Notes under the pieces: generated by a model
Told to the model about the DNA's origin: nothing
The model's input: only the letters and a program-made list of their open reading frames with translations
The model's database searches: none
Position numbers and translations under genes: made by a program
Assembly: GCA_019057795.1 (NCBI GenBank)
Contig: JAHLWS010000034.1
Coordinates: 16,057 to 80,056 of the forward strand
Source of the DNA: Promethearchaeota archaeon
GTDB taxonomy: Archaea > Asgardarchaeota > Lokiarchaeia > Sigyniarchaeales > SOKP01
Length of the DNA: 64,000 nt
Direction of reading: 5' to 3'
Shown: one piece after another, positions 57,988 to 64,000 of the stretch
How the letters are laid out: each line of letters opens with the position of its first letter
Position numbering within the stretch: the stretch's first letter is position 1

Positions 57988-59499
57988 TTATGATTTTATA
58001 ACTTCGATTTTTTGTATAATTTCTTCTAATTCTGATATATTTTCATCGAAGGTTACCGTCATTAGTCTCATTTTTAAATTTTTAATATCTTCTAAGATTG
58101 AGTAAAACTCTTCCTCAACGTTTTCTGATAATTCGTCTAGCAGATTATAAGCTTTTTTAGAGCGCTTTAAATCAAAAATTTCATGAGTTACCAACATTTG
58201 TAGATAAGTCTTATTAATCATTTCTAGCCATTTTTGTGCTTCAACATTTAGATCAATAAGAACATTCATATATCCAGTTTTTATTGCTTCTTCCAATTTT
58301 TCTCTATGATTATTTATGATTGATTCAATATATTCGAATATCTTCTTTTTAATTAATTTGATATTTATTTTTGGATTCACAAAGAAAATAGCAGTAACAG
58401 ATTCAAACCCGAAAATAACCATGTTTATATTACGTCCTTTTAATTCAAAATCTGATAGATCTGAGAGATTCATTTCTTGTGAAAAACTTCGTAAAGCACT
58501 GATAAAACTCGGAATGAGTTCAATATCTAATAATTTTCCATCCGGAGTTTTTAATTCCAAAAATATATTAAAAGCACCATTAAACAACTCTACATTCAAT
58601 AAAACTAAACCTGTTTTATTTACTAGAAAAAATCCTATAAACGATGGAACCTCTATTTTTTTTTGACCTTCATCAGTTTTTAAATAATTTTTATCAAACT
58701 TAATAAGATTCTCTAAAGGAAAATAGTTCACTAAGTTATCATAATTTTTTTTCCCTTCATGGGTTATCATTAGTAATTTCTCTCCAACCACTTCGAAAAT
58801 TTCTATATGCTTTTTTTTTTGGAGAATATCAATAATATCATTTAATTGTTGATTCACTAAATTAGATTTTTCTTGTAGACTGTTATAAGAAAGGATATTT
58901 TTATCTTTAAAATACGATAAGACTTTTATAATTGTTCTTAATAAACTTGAATCAAATTTTTTTAAGGTTGTTAATTCTGAAAGAGCAGCACTTATTATGT
59001 TAATAAATACAGAATAAGTATGTAGAAAATAATCTCTTGTAATACTTGTGAATTCAACACTGAAATTTAATTTGTTTTTGAATAATTCATTTATTTTTTT
59101 TCTTTTTATAACTAATTCTCCTTTATCTAATAAATCAATTTTATGTACTAATAAAGTAATATAAGTAAATCCATAAGATTCTTCTCTAATCTTAATGATT
59201 TTCCTTGTAAAATTGTAGATATCTTCAAATGATGCTTTAGCCTCCACCACAATTATTATATTTTCCGCATCGTAAAAGACCTTCTTTCCTTTCCCCTCTA
59301 ACCATTTTTCATTTTCTTGTCCTGCTAAGTCAAAAATTCCAATATCTTCATTTAAATTTAGAATGATTGATTCTAGTCCATGTGTTGGTTTTAACGAGTA
59401 TTTTAATAGATGTGATGAATGTTCTCCTTCAAAGAAGATTTTTCGAAGCGTTGTTTTACCTACTCCAGGAGGTCCAACAAAAACTAACTTTCTACTCAT
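57988..59499 (-). CDS. Rag/Gtr-like small GTPase fused to winged-helix and longin/roadblock-like domains
   Basis: G1 GPPGVGKT, G2 PT, G3 DLAGQ, G4 HKID, G5 TSI; ITHEG wing; FFLVNKTGLVL...LIPSFISALRSFSQEM. Confidence 0.85.
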   Translation of the reverse strand: MSRKLVFVGPPGVGKTTLRKIFFEGEHSSHLLKYSLKPTHGLESIILNLNEDIGIFDLAGQENEKWLEGKGKKVFYDAENIIIVVEAKASFEDIYNFTRKIIKIREESYGFTYITLLVHKIDLLDKGELVIKRKKINELFKNKLNFSVEFTSITRDYFLHTYSVFINIISAALSELTTLKKFDSSLLRTIIKVLSYFKDKNILSYNSLQEKSNLVNQQLNDIIDILQKKKHIEIFEVVGEKLLMITHEGKKNYDNLVNYFPLENLIKFDKNYLKTDEGQKKIEVPSFIGFFLVNKTGLVLLNVELFNGAFNIFLELKTPDGKLLDIELIPSFISALRSFSQEMNLSDLSDFELKGRNINMVIFGFESVTAIFFVNPKINIKLIKKKIFEYIESIINNHREKLEEAIKTGYMNVLIDLNVEAQKWLEMINKTYLQMLVTHEIFDLKRSKKAYNLLDELSENVEEEFYSILEDIKNLKMRLMTVTFDENISELEEIIQKIEVIKS

Positions 59500-59780
59500 T
59501 TGAGTTCCACATTAGTATTTCCTATTGAATATTTATGTTTATAATTATTAAAATATTTATGAAAAATAGAACAGCTAAATATATAAATCTTTAACCTTTC
59601 AAAAATTTTCAATTATCAAAACTATTTTTGTCAAGTAAAATACCTTATATTTATCTCACTAAATAATTCTGTTTCTATCCTAATTAGAATTCATGTAAAA
59701 CACATAAATTTAAATATCTTTTAAAAGAATTATAAAATGAGGATCATAGTAACATAAAAATTCATGAATTTTTAGTTTCA

Positions 59781-60149
59781 ATGTCAAAACAGATTTATGT
59801 AGTTGAAGATAATAGAAAAAATATGGAATTGTTCATAGCTGTCTTAGAAACACTTCCAGATTTAAAACTTTTTACAGCTACTAAAGGGAAAGAGGGACTT
59901 GAGTTAATAAAATCTGGCAACCCTGATATTATAATTCTAGATATACAACTACCAGATATTAATGGAACTGAGATTTGTAAAGAACTCCGTGAGATTGAAA
60001 GATTTAGGACAACTCCAATTATTGCAGTATCTTCATTAGCAATGAAGGGTGATAAAGAAATGATAATGGAGGCAGGATTCGATCATTATATATCAAAACC
60101 AATAATGATTAAAGATTTTAGAGAGTTTATTCAAAATTTATTGAAATGA
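59781..60149 (+). CDS. single-domain response regulator (DivK-like)
   Basis: VEDN, ILDIQLP, AVSSLAMKGD, YISKPI. Confidence 0.95.
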   Translation: MSKQIYVVEDNRKNMELFIAVLETLPDLKLFTATKGKEGLELIKSGNPDIIILDIQLPDINGTEICKELREIERFRTTPIIAVSSLAMKGDKEMIMEAGFDHYISKPIMIKDFREFIQNLLK

Positions 60150-60199
60150 TTTTTTAAACGGAATTAATTTATCAAAAAAAGTTAATTTAATTCGTAAAA

Positions 60200-60853
60200 A
60201 TGCTCAATAAAATATCAGATATGTATAACTATTTTAAAGAATGGTTAGAGAAATATCAATTTGTACTAATTGTTGGAAAATATGATCATCATTTAGGTCC
60301 AAGAGCTTTATATTCTTCTGTTCCACTGAAAGATGAGGTGTTTGTCAGAGACCTTTTGGAAGACGCATTAAATACAAATAATAAATATGTTAATTTAGAT
60401 TTTGACCAATTTTATTCTCAAGTGTGTAAAATTGAAGTGGAGGATCTACATGCTCGAGGAGGAAATCAATTATATGCTTTAATATTTTTAAGAGATATCC
60501 TATATCCTCTGATTCCAATTATTCATTTTCAACGAATCGAAATGATGTTTCGAACATTAGGAGAGGAAACTATTTTATCTGACAATCGAGAAGCTTTTAA
60601 AAAGCTTTATAATCAAATTTATGAAGTTTATTTGAAAAAAGATCTTTTAGCACCCTTAGAAGATTTTAGTATAAAAATTCGCAGTGGTCTTAATACTATA
60701 ATAGGTTTTGCTGATTTAATTTTAGAAAGGACAAAACAAGGAAATCTCTCTGATCATTCACTTATAACATATACGGAAATGGTGCGAGATTCTGGTAAAG
60801 AAATACAGAAAGCTATTGAATCTATGTTTTTAGATTTAAAAGAAAAAAAATGA
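60200..60853 (+). CDS. longin/uDENN-like (folliculin/SMCR8-type) domain fused to a degenerate HisKA lacking the phospho-His
   Basis: YDHHLGP hairpin, DLHARGG; C-terminal FSIKIRSGLNTIIGF versus MSHELRTPLNSIIGF of the neighbouring kinase. Confidence 0.7.
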   Translation: MLNKISDMYNYFKEWLEKYQFVLIVGKYDHHLGPRALYSSVPLKDEVFVRDLLEDALNTNNKYVNLDFDQFYSQVCKIEVEDLHARGGNQLYALIFLRDILYPLIPIIHFQRIEMMFRTLGEETILSDNREAFKKLYNQIYEVYLKKDLLAPLEDFSIKIRSGLNTIIGFADLILERTKQGNLSDHSLITYTEMVRDSGKEIQKAIESMFLDLKEKK

Positions 60854-61090
60854 CAGTATCTTTGTCGATTTTTAAATTTTATATAAAATTAAGAAAAAAA
60901 ATTCATGGATAATAAGAAGTAATTTTTATAGAACCCCCTACTACTGGAAAGAAAACTATTAAGAAAGTGCTTTTCGAAATGGTTAATCTGCTTAGGCTTC
61001 TAGCTTTTTTTAATTTAACCAAAAAAGGACATAAAAGAGAAACTACGATAATGAAATAAGGGTGTAAAAAAATTGGAGAGAAAAAAAAAA

Positions 61091-62587
61091 ATGAAACAAA
61101 TTATTATTTTTGGGGTTTTAGTCCTATTTCTTGAATTAACAATTTTTATTATGCCTGGTTATCTCTTATTAGTTCCAAGTATTGCAGATACAGAATCAAA
61201 ATCTATAATTTTAGATAACGAACCAAAATCTTCACAAATCAATCTAAAAATAATTGTATCTGATCAACAAGCTCCTACTATTATAGGCGTAATTGACGAT
61301 TTCTTGGCAGATTCATTAGGATCTGGTGTTAATGATGTAGAAGTAGTGGCTTCTGGAACCATAGTAGATGATCAACACACCTTTTTAGTAGAGCAAATGA
61401 TACTTGGATCTACTGAATTTGATGTCATTGGGCTAGATACTATTTGGCTTGCTCAATTTGCAGAAAATGATTGGATTATTGAACTTGATTCACGCTTAAA
61501 TTTAGGAGAATTAGATGATTATGTAGATAGTTTGGTAGATTCTTGTAAATATAAAGAAATAACCTATGCATATCCTTATTTTATGAATTTAGGCATTTTA
61601 TTTTATAGAAAGGATCTTATCGAAGATCATGGATTTAGTGAAACCGATTTTGATACTTGGTTAGAATTGAATGCAACAGCAAATTTTATCTTAAATAATG
61701 TAAGCGGTCAATTAAAAGATCCCAACTTAGTTGGATATGTTGGTCAATTTGATACATATGAAGGTGGGGTAGTAAATTTTTTTGAATGGGCTAGTAGTTA
61801 TGGAGCCACAAATCTAATTACTAGCGAAGGAGATGTTAATATTAACAACCCCAATGTTGAAGATGCTATGACATTTCTACAAGCATTATTCCCTCCTCAA
61901 TTTACTGGAGTTCAAGGAACGCCTTATATAATCCCACGTGTAGGGCTTGTCATGGATGAGGCCTCATCTGTAAGTAAATGGCTTGCTAATGAGTCAATAT
62001 TCATGAGACAATGGACATTTGCTTACATGAATTCTGTTAATAATAATTTATCATTTGGAGTTGTTCCTCTCCCTACTGCTTCTGGTGCAACAGGTGAAAA
62101 ATCATCATGTGTTGGTGGTGCAGTTTTAGCAATTCCAAACTATAGTCAAAATCAGGAAGCAGCTTGGAACCTAACAAGATACCTTGGTGATCAATTAGCT
62201 CAGGAATTTGAACTTACAAACGCATCAAATTTCCCAGCTTTAAAAAGCGTATATAATTTTCCACCACCAGGATTTAATTGGATAAAGAATTGGACGAGCC
62301 AATTTCAGAAAACATTGGCAAGACCGGTTCATCCAAAATATCCATTAATTTCTTCGGTAATCGCTGATTCGTTTAGCGATATATTAAAAAAAATAAAAGC
62401 TATTAATGTTACTTTAGCAGAAATGGAAGCAGCAATATTAAAAATTATTTCTGATGAAGATGAGGTGCCCCCATCTGAACCATCTGGTATAATTGCGGGA
62501 TATAACATTATACTTCTATTACTTTTAAGTGTATTAATTATTTCATTAATTGCAGTAATCTATAAAAAAAATCGTGATATTAATTGA
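61091..62587 (+). CDS. extracellular sugar-type solute-binding protein with C-terminal Loki-CTERM-like anchor
   Basis: DVIGLDTIW.AQFA, YAYP, LFYRKDL, GGAVLAI, ARPVHPKY; IAGY-TM-KK tail; ORF track start is TTG 61073. Confidence 0.88.
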   Translation: MKQIIIFGVLVLFLELTIFIMPGYLLLVPSIADTESKSIILDNEPKSSQINLKIIVSDQQAPTIIGVIDDFLADSLGSGVNDVEVVASGTIVDDQHTFLVEQMILGSTEFDVIGLDTIWLAQFAENDWIIELDSRLNLGELDDYVDSLVDSCKYKEITYAYPYFMNLGILFYRKDLIEDHGFSETDFDTWLELNATANFILNNVSGQLKDPNLVGYVGQFDTYEGGVVNFFEWASSYGATNLITSEGDVNINNPNVEDAMTFLQALFPPQFTGVQGTPYIIPRVGLVMDEASSVSKWLANESIFMRQWTFAYMNSVNNNLSFGVVPLPTASGATGEKSSCVGGAVLAIPNYSQNQEAAWNLTRYLGDQLAQEFELTNASNFPALKSVYNFPPPGFNWIKNWTSQFQKTLARPVHPKYPLISSVIADSFSDILKKIKAINVTLAEMEAAILKIISDEDEVPPSEPSGIIAGYNIILLLLLSVLIISLIAVIYKKNRDIN

Positions 62588-64000
62588 TGTTAACAAAAAA
62601 ATTCAAAATTTTTATTATTTCAGTTATATCTTTTATTAGTCTCATCGCTTTAATTATCAGTTTATTTTTCTTGTTTAATCCAATTGTAATTGATTCACAA
62701 TTAACTTTACGTGTAGGAGCATATGAGAATGAGCCAAAAATATACACCAATAATGATGGTAATGTTGTTGGGTTTTTTCCTGAACTTTTAGAACATATTG
62801 CATTAAAAGAAAGATGGGAAATAGAATATATTCATGGTACATGGGTTCAATGTTTGGAAAGATTGGAGAATAATGAAATAGATATTATGGTTGATGTTGC
62901 ATATACAGAAGCTAGATCTGAAAAATATGATTTCACTAATATTGATGTATTAACAAATTGGGGAATTGTGTATAAAAAAGTTGGGTCTAGAATTGAAACA
63001 TTATCTGACTTAGAAGGCAAGAAAGTAGCGGTAATGGCAGGAAGTGTCCATACTGATGGAGAAAAGGGCATAAAAAACATCACTAAAAAAATGGACATTA
63101 ATTGTACTTTTATTGAACTTGACGATTATTACCAAGTTTTTGAGATGTTAGGCGGTGGAGGGGCTGATGTTGGTATTGTTAATAGGTTATTCGGAATATT
63201 TACCGAAGGACAATACGATGTTGAAGTAACCTCAATAATTTTTAATCCTATGGGACTACGGTTTGCTTTTCCAAAAAATGCTAGTATGAATCAATATTTA
63301 ATTACAAGTATAGATAAACATCTACTTGATTTGATTGAAGATTCAAACTCAATATATTACGAACTACTTGAATCATATATTTATAGGTTTAACGAATTTA
63401 GGATTCCCGAATGGGTAATAATAACAGTTGTTATCTCAATTGGATTAGTTGCCCTATTGTTTTCCATGAGTGCTATTTTGGAACGAAAAGTAAGGTCAAG
63501 AACCACCGAATTGCAAAAAGCTCACAATGAATTGGAAGAAAGAGTTATTAAGCGAACAAAAGAATTACAGCAAGCAAATGTCAAATTGAAAGAACTTGAC
63601 CGCTTAAAGAGTATGTTCTTAGCCAGTATGAGCCACGAGTTACGCACACCTTTAAATTCTATCATTGGATTTACAGGTTGGCTCTTAATGGGTATGGTAG
63701 GTGATTTAAACGAAGAACAAAGAAAACAACTCACTATGGTAAAATTTAGTGCAAATCACCTCTTGGATTTGATTAATGATATTCTGGACGTTTCGAAGAT
63801 AGAAGCTGGTAAAACTGATTTGGCTATTACAAAGTTTGAAATTGATGAGGCTGTAAATGATGTTGTAAGCAGTGTTCTACCATTAGCAAAGGATAAAGGG
63901 TTAAAACTAATATATAATATTCCAAAAGGGATAATCTTAAACAGTGATAAACGTCGTATAAAACAGGTCTTAATGAACCTTGTTAGTAACGCTATAAAAT
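62587..64000 (+). CDS. membrane sensor histidine kinase with family-3 (amino-acid-type) solute-binding domain; runs off window end (absent from ORF track)
   Basis: TGATG overlap; TM, LRVGAYENEPKIY...GFFPELL...W.QCLE.L.NNEIDI, LEGKKVAV; second TM; FLASMSHELRTPLNSIIGF; QVLMNLVSNAIK. Confidence 0.92.
   Translation, partial: MLTKKFKIFIISVISFISLIALIISLFFLFNPIVIDSQLTLRVGAYENEPKIYTNNDGNVVGFFPELLEHIALKERWEIEYIHGTWVQCLERLENNEIDIMVDVAYTEARSEKYDFTNIDVLTNWGIVYKKVGSRIETLSDLEGKKVAVMAGSVHTDGEKGIKNITKKMDINCTFIELDDYYQVFEMLGGGGADVGIVNRLFGIFTEGQYDVEVTSIIFNPMGLRFAFPKNASMNQYLITSIDKHLLDLIEDSNSIYYELLESYIYRFNEFRIPEWVIITVVISIGLVALLFSMSAILERKVRSRTTELQKAHNELEERVIKRTKELQQANVKLKELDRLKSMFLASMSHELRTPLNSIIGFTGWLLMGMVGDLNEEQRKQLTMVKFSANHLLDLINDILDVSKIEAGKTDLAITKFEIDEAVNDVVSSVLPLAKDKGLKLIYNIPKGIILNSDKRRIKQVLMNLVSNAIK

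Noticed and set aside
2791-63734. Numerous short ORFs antisense to or nested in long genes (e.g. 2791, 3559, 6105, 12206, 13966, 27388, 32336, 53923, 58316, 62847, 63522)
   Set aside because: Shadow frames of well-supported genes, with no motifs
1-64000. CRISPR arrays, rRNA genes, transposases or integrases
   Set aside because: No regularly spaced repeats, long GC-rich RNA genes or recombinase motifs were seen

Overview
This is a gene-dense, AT-rich archaeal chromosome segment, most likely from an Asgard archaeon (Lokiarchaeia-like). That assignment is inferred from the Rag-type small GTPase, longin-like and MPN/JAMM proteins, a Loki-CTERM-like anchor, PAC2, GatC and a BHB-intron tRNA. Most of the window is housekeeping and metabolism: rpe/rpiA/purE, two tandem thiolases, dUTPase, an ADP-forming acyl-CoA synthetase, SufCB and IscS/IscU Fe-S systems, CopA, ABC and MFS transporters, a large subtilase, a 6-PAS kinase and a MoxR/VWA pair. 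The most striking feature is at 57988-64000, a candidate nutrient-sensing module. It contains a Rag-like GTPase-wHTH-longin gene, a DivK-like receiver, and a folliculin/SMCR8-like longin (uDENN) protein that keeps the arginine-finger motif DxxARG and is fused to a His-less pseudo-HisKA helix. An orphan membrane-anchored solute-binding protein and an SBP-histidine kinase complete the module. Just upstream (52624-57517) are three Rpn11/CSN5-like JAMM genes, including an apparent active/inactive tandem pair. Other highlights are a tRNA-Ala(GGC) with a 31-nt intron at T-loop position 59/60, three conserved genes that appear to start at ATT, a site-1-protease-like subtilase, a reciprocally decayed sufC/PAC2 duplication and several gene remnants. 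All family assignments come from motifs read by eye; no database search was run.
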